Origin: Marsupella aquatica
Lineage: Eukaryota > Plantae > Marchantiophyta
Direction of reading: 5' to 3'
DNA length: 64,000 nt
NCBI GenBank assembly: GCA_973895155.1
Contig: OZ316892.1
Coordinates: forward strand, 11,174,420-11,238,419
The notes under the pieces were generated by a model that saw only the letters and a program-made list of their open reading frames with translations, did no database searches and was not told where the DNA came from. Positions 12,898-25,315 of this stretch are shown here, one piece after another; the stretch's first letter is position 1; each line of letters starts with the position of its first letter. A program made the position numbers and the translations under genes.

Positions 12898-12961
12898 GCT
12901 GTTTAGGTTCATCTTTTACTCTGTGTTTTGCTGTTTAGGTTCATCTTTTACTCTGTGTTTT
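12898..12961. repeat. Perfect 32-bp tandem duplication
   Basis: gctgtttaggttcatcttttactctgtgtttt x2. Confidence 0.9.
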
Positions 12962-13059
12962 GTGAGTTAGAGTAAAGTCACTATCTAGAGGCTTCACTCT
13001 AGACCCCATAGGCCTTTGGAGTAGCTTAGGTTCACAAATTATTAGTAAGATAACAGTGT

Positions 13060-13389
13060 CAAAAGAGAAAAAAGGGTCACACCAAAGACATGATAGTGTG
13101 ACAAGGTCCCTAAGGATAGAAGACCCAATAAAGAGAGGAAAACAAGGGGAAAACGCAAAATGATCAAAGAGCAAAAAAGCCAGAGTCCCCAAGCAAAAGA
13201 ACTAAAGCCCTGTTGAGTATCAAACAAAAGAGAAAAAAGGGTCACACCAAAGACATGATAGTGTGACAAGGTCCCTAGGATGGAAGCCCCAATAAAGAGA
13301 GGAAAACAAGGGGAAAACGCAAAATGATCAAAGAGCAAAAAAGCCAGAGTCCCCAAGCAAAAGAACTAAAGCCCTGTTGAGTATCAAAC
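13060..13389. repeat. Near-perfect ~165-bp tandem duplication
   Basis: Copies start at 13060 and 13225 (caaaagagaaaaaagggtcacacc...gccctgttgagtatcaaac), with few differences. Confidence 0.9.
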
Positions 13390-13748
13390 TAAAAAGCTCA
13401 CTCTGTTGCCCAAAGAGGCATGGTTATGTGGTAGCTCGTTTGAGTAGTGACTCATTAATCTTGGGTTGAAATGTTGTGAATAACTGTTCCATTTTTGTGG
13501 GGTTTCACAGATTTCCCCTTAAAACCATTATAGAAAAAAGACTCATGAAAAAGCCCCCTGAGCTTGTGCCATCTGTTCCCTTTGCCTGGGCAGCTTTTGT
13601 CCCTTGATTGCAATTGATAGACCCCTGAGTCCCTCCAATTTCTAAACCAAATGCCCATGCATGACATGACTAGCCAGGGCAAGGCATGGATGGCCAGGCG
13701 TAGAGGAGCAAGGCCTAAAGCACAGATAACTAATGGGCTGGTGTTTTT

Positions 13749-14343
13749 GGCCAATCTAACTGTGTGGTAAAAATAATTTTCCAACAAAATGGCCATTATT
13801 TCTTCCAGCCCAAAGGACATTCAGTAAACAGACTATAGCCTTCTGGATTGGATATTATTGGCCAATCCAACTGTGTTGGAAAAACATCTTCTCAACAAAC
13901 AACTATGTTTCTTCCCGTCCAAAGGGCATTTAGTAGATAGACAATACTCTATTCTGGATTAAATATTATTAGCCAACTGGACTGTAGCCAAAAAACAAAT
14001 TTCCATCAAATGGCCATGATCCCTTCCGACCCAAAGGACACTCAGTCTATAGACTGTAGCCTTCTGGATTGGATATTATCGGCCAATCCAACTGTGTTGG
14101 AAAAACATCTTTTAAACAAACATATATATCACACTGCCCAAGGGCAAAAAACCGCCGAACCTGGAGACATGATTAAAGCCATCATTAAAGCATGTTCATT
14201 GTTCATCCCGGAACATTTTTCATTTTCTTTCTTGGAGTAGGTAGGAAAAGCATTTTTCCACCAAATGGCCACGATTTCTTCCCGCCCAAAGGACATTAGT
14301 AAACAGACTATAAGACTATAGCCCATTGTCGATTGGATATTAT
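13749..14343. repeat. Degenerate ~110-bp tandem array, probably TE-derived
   Basis: Units ggccaatc.aactgtg..ggaaaaa...cccaaaggacat..agta.acagactata...ttctggattggatatta near 13749, 13860, 13971 and 14081, plus a partial unit near 14250. Confidence 0.7.
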
Positions 14344-15722
14344 AGTGCCTGATAATGATGAGATGAGAGATAGATGCCAGACTAATAAAGCCTCGAGACA
14401 ATGTGCAACGAGGCGTGTTAGCGTGTACCTCGTCTAACTTGCTCTTGACCTTGTCTTGTCCATCATTCTCTTCCATTTGCAAGCTCTTCTTTCACTTCGT
14501 GTACTTTCCTTCATGGAGTCTTCGGCCTCCTTCTGTTTCAGAGCCCTGTAAAATCCATGCAATGCAATGCAATCCAATCCAATCCCTTCGATTGTGGTGC
14601 AAATCTTTCGTCAGCTGACTTTTGTGGGTTGGTGCAAAAGTATTGTTTTGTTCCGTGTTTCGCAATCCTTCTCTGCAGATTTTAAAATTGACTCTTTCCA
14701 CGTTGTAAATCTGTGTAGCTCGTTTCTCGAGTAGGGGCTACGAACGAGCAACAGTAATCAAATGCCGGCCGGTCGGACTTGGAAGCCTTGGTATCTCTCG
14801 TTCCCCGCTTCTGCACCCGTCTCTCTTCTTTGATGCAAAGCAAGAAATGGGTAGAAATTCGTGGCGAAATTTGAGGGCTCTTCTCCGTCCGCAATCCCTA
14901 TCTTTGTTGTTCTGACCTCAACCGGATAGGCCCCGCCTTGCCATCGATCCGAGCTGAAGAGCTCATCACCTACAATTGGAGTTGGAGAAGTCATCCACAA
15001 CACTCAAGCTTTGAGAAGCCAATCTTGTATCAACACGGAGCGAAGTCATAGTTGCCTTGCCGGCTGTTAGCAAACGAGGAAAAGGAAGGCGAATCGAGAA
15101 GAGACGAGCAGGTCGGACATTTAAATCCATTCATTCGTCCACCAATCCATCCATTTATTTACGTTGAGCGAGAAGCTTCTGACGAGGATAGTCTTGGTGC
15201 TGCTGATCTGTTGGTGCAACTGAGGTGACTTAGCAGGGCTGCGGCTTTTGAAACCTGGAAACTAAATCTCGTTGGCTTCAGGAACATCTTTTCCAAGTTG
15301 GTACTAGACAGCGATTTCTGTCCATCCAAGGTCGGATGTAAATAGGACAGCTCAAGGTTTACAATTCGTCTGATTCGCCCGCTACTCCGCACACCCCTTT
15401 TCGTTTGCTATTCCGCCGAAGAATTTGCTGGCTTTCACATTGTTTGAAAATTGGATGCGAGGAACTCAATTGTTGCTAGGGTTTAATCCGATTCGATAAC
15501 CAGACAGACGTTCCATATGCGAAATTGTGGATGCGTGTCGTGCGTCTCAGGACAAGTAATGTTTCAGTGAAGCAAGTCGAGGTAATTAACTGTGTGGTCG
15601 GTCATCTTCGTCCGGATTGGATTGGTCGACTCCACTCTCTGTTGAGACATCTTGCAGCCCGGGAAATCAGAGGAGATTTATTGATCGATCTCGGCCCACT
15701 CACAGGGGGAGGCTGAGGAAGA

Positions 15723-16625
15723 ATGGGGACATTCACGGGACATGTCGTTCCCGCTATCTTCTTCTGCAGCTTAGGGATCTGGCATCTGCTCGCTGCTTCC
15801 GTGACCTACCTCAGATTGCCCAGAGAGTATTGTGCAAGGGCGTGGCAGCCGGTGCCGTTCGTGACTGGCCGGCTGAGGAGTTTGGAGCTATACTTCTTGC
15901 TAATAGCAATTCCATTTGCGATATTCTACGAGCTTGGAATTTCCACAGGTTTTCAGCCCTTGGAGAATGGCATCATTCCCCTGTACCGAATCGCTACATT
16001 CCAGCATTCAATTGTTCTCGTCATGTTCTGGCTGTTTGCATTCTTAGTACTGGTGAGCGAGACGACCCAACTCTTGCCGTTACCGGTTGAGATCCCATTT
16101 GTGCTTTTGGGGATCTCGTTCCTGATGGAATTGAGTGTTATGGCGGACGAAGCAGTCCAGGATTCGAGTCTTGAAGGGAAAGTGTACACCTACCTGGTCT
16201 TCATAATCGGCAGCTGTGCCGCTTGCTCGTTTCTACTGGCATGGAATCCAAGGGCCTTCTTTGTGGATTTCTTTTTCAGTATGACTCTCATTCTGCACGG
16301 AACCTGGTTGTTCCAAATTGGGTTCTCCTTGTATGTTGAGAAGTTCATTCCCGAGGGCTGCCACCGGCTCCTGGATCTACCAGGTGGAGTGAATGGGTCG
16401 ACCCAATGTGATCTGGAGGATGTCAGGCTGAGGGCAATGGAGCTGATGGGCTTTGCGTTGAATTGCCACATATGCCTTGTGTTGCTGTTCAGTGTCTTAT
16501 CTCTGGGCCTAGTTGCCAGACTCTTAGGTTACAGTCGGGGAGGTTACGACCCTCTCAACTATGACCAAGAGAATGAGATGCTGCAAATGAAGCCCATGCC
16601 GAAGCTCAGCATCGACAAACGTTAG
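15723..16625 (+). CDS. DUF716 / TMEM45-like multi-pass membrane protein, 300 aa, single exon
   Basis: Family hallmarks: N-terminal MGTFTGHVVP, GIWH, FQH, HGTWLFQIGF, P.GC and several hydrophobic helices. Confidence 0.9.
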   Translation: MGTFTGHVVPAIFFCSLGIWHLLAASVTYLRLPREYCARAWQPVPFVTGRLRSLELYFLLIAIPFAIFYELGISTGFQPLENGIIPLYRIATFQHSIVLVMFWLFAFLVLVSETTQLLPLPVEIPFVLLGISFLMELSVMADEAVQDSSLEGKVYTYLVFIIGSCAACSFLLAWNPRAFFVDFFFSMTLILHGTWLFQIGFSLYVEKFIPEGCHRLLDLPGGVNGSTQCDLEDVRLRAMELMGFALNCHICLVLLFSVLSLGLVARLLGYSRGGYDPLNYDQENEMLQMKPMPKLSIDKR

Positions 16626-16800
16626 CTAGCGATGTGGCTTAGATAGCATTCTGTCCGGCCCAGGACACAGCTGCATCTTCCAGTGATCAGCGCTTGGTGC
16701 AGCAGGTGGAATTTGCTTTGGATAACCAACCCCATTACTAGGGCAAGGATGTTTCGGGACGCAGGTGAACGTGGAGCAGGTTCAGATATGTCGTTGTGTT

Positions 16801-16990
16801 GCTGATGGGCTTTGCGTTGAATTGCCACATTTGCCTTGTGCTGCTGTTCAGTGTCTTGTTACTAGGCCTTGTTGCCAGACTCTTAGGTTACAGTCAGGCA
16901 GTTTATGACCCTCTCAACTACGACCAAGAGAATGAGATGCTGCAAATGAAGCCCAGCCGAAGCTCAGCATCGACAGACGTTAGCTAGCGA
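16801..16990 (+). pseudogene. Duplicated 3' end of the DUF716 gene (copy of 16442-16632)
   Basis: About 190 nt nearly identical to the gene's last codons, with a 1-nt deletion (cccatgccg to cccagccg). Confidence 0.85.
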
Positions 16991-18549
16991 ATCCCAAAAG
17001 CCAATTTCGTAAGCCATCCCTATGCTTCTCTATGCATCTCTTGAATCGTTTGTAACTGAGTGAACCAAAGGTGCCGCATTTTCTTTGGAGGATGCTTGCT
17101 CGAATCCAAAGGAAGATTCACGAGGCCTCAGAGACGTAGCTCAGTATATATCAAAATTCCCTCTGCAGTTTTCGGAGCTTTGCCCGGTCTCTTGTAGCTC
17201 TATGCCTATGATCGTGCTGTTGTTAGTCTCTCTGGGCTGTCGTTGCAGTGCTTCCGAGATGTATAAAGGGCTGTCCAAGTCTTGCAAGGCGTGTACGAGA
17301 GGGTTTTGGATTCTCCGTGACAAGATTTAGAAAACATGCGATCTACAAGGGATTACAATAGTTTTCCCAGATAATTTGAGCGTCTACTCGCGCTAATTAA
17401 TCTCAATTGGCGAATCTCGTTATGGACAAGTCGACGGTGTAAGCTCTTGGATTGTCTGGCATTTCGCAGATCGATTCATACCGGAGGCCCATTGAGATTT
17501 TTATCAAGATTCGTTAGAGTATTTTCTCATGACGTTTTACTTGGCGGAGTCTTTGCCATCCCAAAAGCAAATTTCGTCATCTCCGTTTCGTTGACTGGTG
17601 GCATGTTTTCTGAGACCGCATTCGTGACTCGAAGAATCAAGGACAGAATTCTTTCAGTGACTCTTTACCGGCCTGCTCGCCCGCCTTACGGATGAATTCT
17701 TATTAACTGACATTCGTCTAGCTCGTCTCAAATTTTCGTTCAACTAGAGATTGATGAGATTTTTCTTCCTTTGCGAGATTATAACTTCGTTCAGATATCA
17801 GATGAGGTTCTCGTTGTGTTGGTTTATAACTTAATTGCTTCACCTCGCTAGTGAAATTGCAACTCGACTTTATCGGGTTGCACACTGGACATTCTGTCCG
17901 TGTCCATTGCGGGATCTTCAGAATACATAAAAAGTATGCCCATTAGTTTGATTCATTACAAATCCAATCCTCTTCTCTCTATCCAAAACCTACCTGTGTG
18001 GTTCAAGTACTTCACGGTTGAACTACTGTACTTTTAATGGTCGAGCCTAACTGACGGCACGAGACTGTTTCGACTAGAGAGACTATCTTCTCGTTTATGG
18101 TAAAATGGTGGACAACGCATTTACAGCAGCCATCTCGCAAAGATCGCACCGTGTGGTATATGCATATCGAATGGCACCAATCCCATAGACTTGTTCTCTT
18201 TCTCGCTCTCGTCCTAGTGGGTAGTTGAGTGGCATAAACTCTTCTCAGGATATCGGGACTTCTTCTCGTTCACTTCAGGTTATCGATTATCAAGTGGACG
18301 ACAGAAAGACGGATTCGTCGCACAAAGGATGCCCTCGGTCCCAACTTGCCCTCTCGATCCGCTCAGCAGCAGTGAAAGACTGCAAATAATGTTAATGAAG
18401 ATTTTATTGTCAGAAAGCCAAAGAGGAACAAGAAAAAATCACAGCCAAGAAGATGATTGTGGTGTTTAGAATCACAGGCAATGATTTTGAACTCAAGCCA
18501 GGGCCTCCTGCATCACTATTTGTGTGTGGGTTTGGGTACTCAAAACAGC

Positions 18550-20038
18550 TCTCTGACTCCATTCAGTATTCGGGTGATAGGCAGAGTGTACTCCAGATCA
18601 AAGAACAGGCCGTCAATGTTCTGAAGAACCGTCCTGCATTGAAGCCAACATATACTCTCCCACACCTTCAGAGGAACTTTTCATGTGTTGTCAGGTGGTT
18701 CGATGATTGAGAGATAAGTTGGGTGTCTCTCACAAGCAGCTCGGCTTGGTCGGTCTTCTTGTATTTGGGACAGAGGTCACGGCTGGGGCCCTTTCCACGA
18801 GCCTTGGCGCGGCGGCCCCGAAATGGCAGCTCAGGTCAAACGTGGGGAGATACACAATGATACAGAGTGCATGACTGCTGCCAATAATTAAAGAATGATG
18901 GCAGAGCACAGAGATCCACAGGCCGGAAGATCCATGTCTGCACAATACCCGGTCGCTTCCTCCCATGATTTTCATCGTGCTGAACTCATCCCATGCACTT
19001 TTTGGCTCGACCGAAAAGGAAAGGAGACTTTGGAATTCCAGACTTCAAAGAATCCCACCGACCTTTTCTGACTTTTATGGTTGTACAGCAACAGAAACTT
19101 CAGAAACTTACCAATGATATTCCATTTCCATCACGGTTGACTCTCACCAAAACTCTCGCTATGCAAAGCAGTGTGCGCTCCACTTGTGGATCCATACGGT
19201 ATGGTCCCCATTTGCAGCGAGACATATTATACTTTTCTATCATTTTCTGGCGGAAGATAGAGGATTCCACTAGGTTTTGAATGAACGTGACATTCAGTCA
19301 AGAGGGTGAGTGACTGACTGGTTTCAGCCCAACCTCTTGTGGCAACAATATTTTCCACGGGATTCAAAGGGGTTCGGACAGATGCCCAAAGTGAATTGGC
19401 CTGAGTCAGAGGAAGAGGCCTGTGAGATTCGAATGGTTTTGAAATAAACGAGAGACGACAGGAATGCCAGCTGCTAGACCAAAAGGAAGAAACTTATGCT
19501 GGGCAGTCAATCGGACGGGAGTGGTCGTAAGAGGAGCAGATAAGGATGAGCCTAACGATGGCCAGTAACGCCATTCGCCATCTGCTTTGCAAGAAAGCAG
19601 CTTCAGCAGCTGGCCCTCAATTGGGTTTGTACTCAGCCAAATATAACTGGGCACACTTCCAATTTCCTCCCACTTAGGCAATTGTTCGATCTCCTGGCCT
19701 GACGCAGCCCTGTCAATAGAGTCCACAAAATTGGCTTCATTCCTGTCGTGAGGAGGGATAAGTCTTACGAGGCTCACATCATAGATGCACATCCAATTTA
19801 ATGATGCCTTGTGTATTCCAGGAATGGTCGGATATCGACACCATGTCAAGAGCGCACACTGAAATCTCGAATCTGTAGAACTGACTCTAGATTTCCCCTT
19901 TTGGCCCATTTGGCGATGACTTCTTTCGAATCCCATCCACAGCAAAGAGTTTGCTCCTTCGAATTCCCTCTCGCGTTTAGGTGGTGAAAATAAGATCGTA
20001 ACCCTGACTATCTCATGAGTACCTGAATAGAACTGCAT
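18550..20038 (-). pseudogene. Possible decayed F-box/kelch-type gene
   Basis: Broken frames carry motifs such as WMCIYDVS...PKWEEIGSVP, IEKYNMSRCKW, FFEVWN and KVWESIC. No intact ORF. Family assignment is only a resemblance. Confidence 0.25.
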
Positions 20039-20991
20039 TCAGACTATTCTCAAGTCTATGCACACCTGAAAACTTTCCTGCAGTCAGAAGTCATCTATGA
20101 ATCAATGAGCCATGATCACTGCGAAGTCGCTACGGCCAGTAATTGAAAAATCAAATTGGAAAAAGATGATATGACTTGTAGATCATCGTAACGTGAGAAA
20201 ACCTAAAAATAACCGAAAAAGTTTGAACTAGGTGTCTCAGAATAGTGCGATGGGGACTAGGATGGATAACAACACTTTGGATGGTCCATAACCCGGGTCC
20301 ATGCAAAATGCAACTCATTGGCTTTCGTGCATATGGGCACCCAGTGAGTTTTCCGCAATTGAGACTCCTGCTAAAGTACTGTGCGTCCTTGCAGTAGAAT
20401 CTAGACAACATGCTATATCCAAATCTGCAATGTGATCGAATCATGTTCTCTGAAAGTCGATGAGAACCAGGGAATCAAACCACTTATAAGAAGTGTATGC
20501 GGATCTCATGTGGAATTGATCCTTCACGATGGATGACAGCATTACTCAATTTAAGGATCGAAAGTCCATCAAAAAGTATCAAGGAAATGTCTACTCATGG
20601 TCAAAAGTAAAGCATGAAAGGCGGACTATGATTTATCTATAAATAAACAAAATCACTGAAGTGAAAGAGACCAAACACACTGCTCAAATGACAAAGATGT
20701 TCAATCCATCAAACGTACTAGAGAAGCATGAAACAATATATATCCCGCAATCCTCCAAAAAAGACCCCAATTGGCGCTGAATACATTTGCAATTACGGTC
20801 GAGTTAAGGCAATCTTCACGGAGTACAAGACCAAATGTGACTCAAATTGTTGTCGGCAACATTCTAGACCAGTCCTCTTAGTCTGCATTAATAGGTCCTG
20901 TGAACATCATTCTTAGGAACCGGTTGCATTCCGTCCGTCCCTTCGAGCTATAAACAAAAGTTCTACTCATAACGGTCAGTCATTCCCGCTG

Positions 20992-21228
20992 ATGAAAAAC
21001 TGGGTGCATGCAGGGAAGCTGGGTCGCAGTTTTCATGCATCTGGTGTGACACAACTGGAGTATTCTAACGATTACATTCACGCGCCGACCATGTATAACC
21101 TCACTAAGATGAAAGGCCGAAAATTCAAGTTCGGGATGCTCGTGTTCGGCGGTGTTGCAGCGGGAACTGTCATCCCAGTCTTTGCCGTCTGTTTTCAGCA
21201 GAGCAAAGCCGCCGCCGGGAAAGAGTAA
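20992..21228 (+). CDS. Small mitochondrial complex IV subunit, plant COX7c-like (At2g43780-type). The true start may lie in an upstream exon (acceptor CAG at 21011-21013)
   Basis: RSFHAS presequence-type motif, YIHAPTMYNLTKMK and a TM helix ending IPVFAVCFQQSK match the recalled family pattern YLHAKHMYNL...VPIYAVIFQQKK. Confidence 0.75.
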   Translation: MKNWVHAGKLGRSFHASGVTQLEYSNDYIHAPTMYNLTKMKGRKFKFGMLVFGGVAAGTVIPVFAVCFQQSKAAAGKE

Positions 21229-21652
21229 TTCATCAGGAAGGAAACCATTAGTACGTCCTGCGATCAGAACGAGCTATAGAACCTTTCTAAAATAAGCGAC
21301 ATTATAATTGAGGTCTGAGACTTTGTTGAACTTCTGACTCGTGAAGCGTCAATGCAACTAACTACACAATTCACCAACACGGATTGAATTCATTTAACGC
21401 TTTTCGTTGTTGAAGAACGGATCAGGCATGGGAGGGCCGCAACCATATGTTCCACATACAAATGCTTTGAACGCGTAATGATGTCAACAAAATACAGTAC
21501 CGTACCACGAGTAACTGAAAACAAACAACTCTACGCATTTAGGTATGCCAAACGGAATTTTAATAGGTCGACCTCAGCTTCTTTGAATAGTTATACGTGT
21601 TCATCCATTGCCGTAAGTGCATAGAGTTCGAGTCTACAGTTTGAGTGGTTCG

Positions 21653-21890
21653 CCTGGAGGTCGTTATGATACGGTGACGTGATGGCCTGAACAGAGAGAA
21701 TCAACGACGGAAGATCGATCCTTCTCGAGGTGTCTTATAAAAAATTCTTCTGGTTCAATCGCTCGGCATCTGAGTACGTTTTGCGTTACACGTTGATTGA
21801 TGAGCCTGGAGGTCATTGTGATACGGTGAGTGATGGCCTGAGGGAGAGAATGGGCGACGGAGGATTGACCCTTCTCGATGTGTCTCCCAA
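21653..21890. repeat. Diverged direct repeat with ~150 bp period
   Basis: gcctggaggtc.tt.tgatacggtga(c)gtgatggcctga...gagagaat...cgacgga.gat.ga.ccttctcga.gtgtct near 21653 and 21804. Confidence 0.7.
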
Positions 21891-22279
21891 ACATTCTACT
21901 CGTTCAGTCACTCGATATCTGAATTTCTCGAGCTTCGCTTTACCTCCTGGGATAGCATGACATGGCCTGATGGCAGGGTAGGGCACCATTCTATCGGTGT
22001 AACCGTGTAGGCCAGGTTTCAACTGAAAGAATCACAGATCGAAAGAACTTGAAGGAGAAAAGACCACGTCGAAGTCGCCGCTTTAGGAATTGGGAGAGCA
22101 GCTAGATTTTGCACAATGCGGGGGACTACTCCTTTACGGATTCCTCCATACCAATCGAACGGCGAAAGTGACACAACTAATTATGGTTTTGAATTCCGAA
22201 CTGTGAATCCCCTAAACTTGCGGGCCGGAAACGCAATAAACACGGCCACTAGCTAATATCACCGGGAAGCCTTCTAGTC

Positions 22280-22910
22280 TCCGATACTCTCATTCTCCAT
22301 GAACAAATTAATGCACGAGGTTGATGAAGCTGGTGACAGACACCAAATTACACGAAGAACTTGAATCCCCGTACTCTCATTCTCCAAGGAAATTAATGTA
22401 TGGATTGAGGATGATGAAGTTGTTCACAGTAATAGTCACCAAATCACAGACGAAAATACAATCTCATCCTCCAGACTCTCATTTCTCCATGAAGAAATTC
22501 AGGAGGTTGATGCTCGGGTTGATGAAGCTGGTGGTAGTCGCCAAATTAGACCGAAGCACCATAATCCTCCAAACTCTCATTCTCCATGAAGAAATGCTCG
22601 AGGTTGATGAAGCTGGCTGGTGATAGTCACCAAATTACACTGCAGCACTCTCATCCTCTATACTCTCATTCTATGTATGACGCTGATAAGTTGTTCACAG
22701 TCACGGAATTACAAGAAAGAACTCTAATGCTCCATCCTATACTCTTATCCTCCACACTTCAATTCTCCAGACAAGAAAGGACTCTAATCCTCCAACTTTC
22801 ATCCTCCACACTCTCATTCTCCACACTCTCATTCTCCACACAAGAAAGAACTCTGATCCTCCATACTCTGATCCTCCACACCCTTATTCTCCAGACGCTA
22901 TTCTCCATTT
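22280..22910. repeat. Compound degenerate repeat (ACTCTCATTCTCCA and AGGTTGATGAAGCTGG motifs)
   Basis: ~100-bp units followed by short 15-bp actctcattctccac units. Probably an old TE non-coding region. Confidence 0.65.
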
Positions 22911-24491
22911 GGTCATCAAGTCCTGTTTCAAATGTCTAATAAGGCGTGTCAAAACTGCATCAAGATATTGGCATCAAGATCTAGGTCTTATGTACTAATA
23001 AGTTGTAAGCCCAAAGGGAAACCCTTAGTAGTTGCTGTTGTTAGCACTGAGTTTGAAAGAAAAATGCCCCATCAAGGGCTAAGCTTGCTATCACCCCCAT
23101 CAAGCAATTCTAGGCTTTCAAACAGCAATGTAAAGTATGGAGGCTGACTATAAGCTTAGACAAATGTGTAGAACAAGTCCAAGGATTGCTGGGAATGCAA
23201 TTGGTAGGCTTGGTACATTTGGTACTAGTTGGTTGTTACATATGCTTATTAGAAGGTCATCTTTGTTTTTGGGTTGGTTGCTTTGTGGTGTGGTTTCTTC
23301 ATTTGGGGGAAGGAGGAATACTTTTAAAATCAGAAAGCCAATTATTTGGCATAAAGAGAAAGTACAGAAGGGGTTGATGTATATAATGATAAGGTTCAGC
23401 AGGGAATGTAATCCATAGTGCCTTCCAAAATGAGAGGTTTGGCTTGGGTTTGGAGAGGCTATTATAGTCTCTAATTAGAGAATTTGTAGATGCAGAGTCT
23501 GTATAATTTACAAATTTACAAATGCACGAGCATGTGTAAAATTCCATGGGAGTCTCTATATATCAATCAGAACTAATCCAAAGATTATTTTCTTTCATCT
23601 CTATTTTAATTACCCTTTTCTTTGGAACTTAAAGCTGGGATAGACACAAACGTTTGAGAAAAAGCCCCAATGGACAAACACAACCTGGATGGACACAGAA
23701 CAAACTTAAGATTGTGCTTGTATAACATGCTTTTCACTTGTGCTCCATTGGTGACCTGTAAGGAGTTGTCGGACCAGGAGCAGGAGGTTTTTGGTTGTTT
23801 CTTCCCATAGCTATCCAGTCAGGAGCAACGGAGGAGGTTAGACGTACTTAACTTCATGTCTAAATCTCGGTTAGCTTCCGTTCATAAGACACCTGTAATC
23901 CATTTTGGGTGTCATTAGGGATTGGTGTTACAGTGTCAACAGGCTGTGTCCATCCGGGTTGTCCCTGCAAACGTTTGTGTCTATCCCGGCTTTAAGTTCT
24001 TTTCTTTGTTTACTTGAAATGTTATTATTCATTTTTCCATTGTTTTTACAGTTGCAGCGTCAGCTATTTTTCTTTGCCTTGCCTCAAACATGAATAGTCA
24101 AATCTGGTTCTTCTTGCATAACAAACGGTTCTTCTTTGTGACAAATCATGCTAATGTGGCTGCACGTGCATCCAACTCCCATTTGTAAATGCAGAGTCTC
24201 AAATTTGTAAATGCATGAGTCTGCACAAATGCAAACCAATTTGTAAATGCAGAGTGTATAATTTTCATGACAAATGATCCAAATCTTGAGGAAATTGATG
24301 TTTCCATGGACCAGCGTTGGTTTTTTGAACCCCCTTGGACCACATTTCCCCAAATATGAGTTAATTCTAATAACTTGATATTCAGAAAGTCAATTTTTTT
24401 TAAGTTTTGAGGTTGGGAGAGAGGAGTAGGTAAGCTACACTTCCATCAAAGTGACAGTGAATTTTAGGTCATTTTGGTTGAGTTATTCATC

Positions 24492-24609
24492 ATGAAATGC
24501 GGAGAGGTAAATTATATAAGATAAATTTTATTGTGTTAATGTGAGTTATATGAAATGCAGAGAGGTAAATTCTATAAGATTAATTATATTTTGTTAATGT
24601 GAGATATTA
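24492..24609. repeat. 58-bp tandem duplication
   Basis: atgaaatgc.gagaggtaaatt.tataagat.aatt.tatt.tgttaatgtgag x2. Confidence 0.8.
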
Positions 24610-24989
24610 GGTTTTGTGTTTTACTGTCTCCTCCTTCTCTAGTTGCCTTGTACCTGAAAAACTAAATGTTATTTTAATTCATAATCATCAAATTATAAGC
24701 CCAAAATTCTAAAAGGACCACCAACATGTGGTACACATGAGCCAGTGTCTCCAACATGGTGATTGTTCACCATGGTGGTCCATCCTACTGTAGCTTCACT
24801 TTCAATCTCGAGTGCCCCTTGAAATTGCAAAAGAAAACAAAATACACGAAGGGCTCTTTAGGTGTAGTAAAATATGGTAGGGCTCTGCAATAGGGCCCTT
24901 CGTGCAAGGACAGGAATGTACTACGGTTGTTCCATAATATACCGTACGGTACCGAAGCGAAGCGTCGGGCGGGGTTGGACTGTATGAAC

Positions 24990-25315
24990 GGCTCAGCGCA
25001 GTTTGTCCGACCGCAGGACCACTACGACTGTACAGTTGTGAGAGGCGAGGCGGAGAGGAGAGAAGAGGAGAGGCTCAGCGCAGTTTGTCCGACCGCAGTA
25101 CCACTACGACTGTACAGTTGTGCGAGGCGAGGCGGAGAGGAGAGAAGAGGAGAGGCTCAGCGCAGTTTGTCCGACCGCAGTACCACTACGACTGTACAGT
25201 TGTGCGAGGCGAGGCGGAGAGGAGAGAAGGAGAGGCTCAGCGCAGTTTGTCCGACCGCAGTACCACTACGACTGTACAGTTGTGAGAGGCGAGGCGGAGA
25301 GGAGAGAAGAGGAGA
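24990..25315. repeat. 82-bp minisatellite, 4 near-identical copies, followed by (GAGGA)n
   Basis: Copies start at 24990, 25072, 25154 and 25234. Confidence 0.95.

Noticed and set aside
14400-15400. Coding-like minus-strand fragments
   Set aside because: No consistent frame or recognisable domain.
23769-23778. TCGGACCAGG, the first 10 nt of miR166
   Set aside because: The match ends after 10 nt and no hairpin partner is visible.
24990-25315. CRISPR-like repeat/spacer appearance
   Set aside because: The intervening segments are near-identical GA tracts, not unique spacers. The context is eukaryotic and there are no cas genes.
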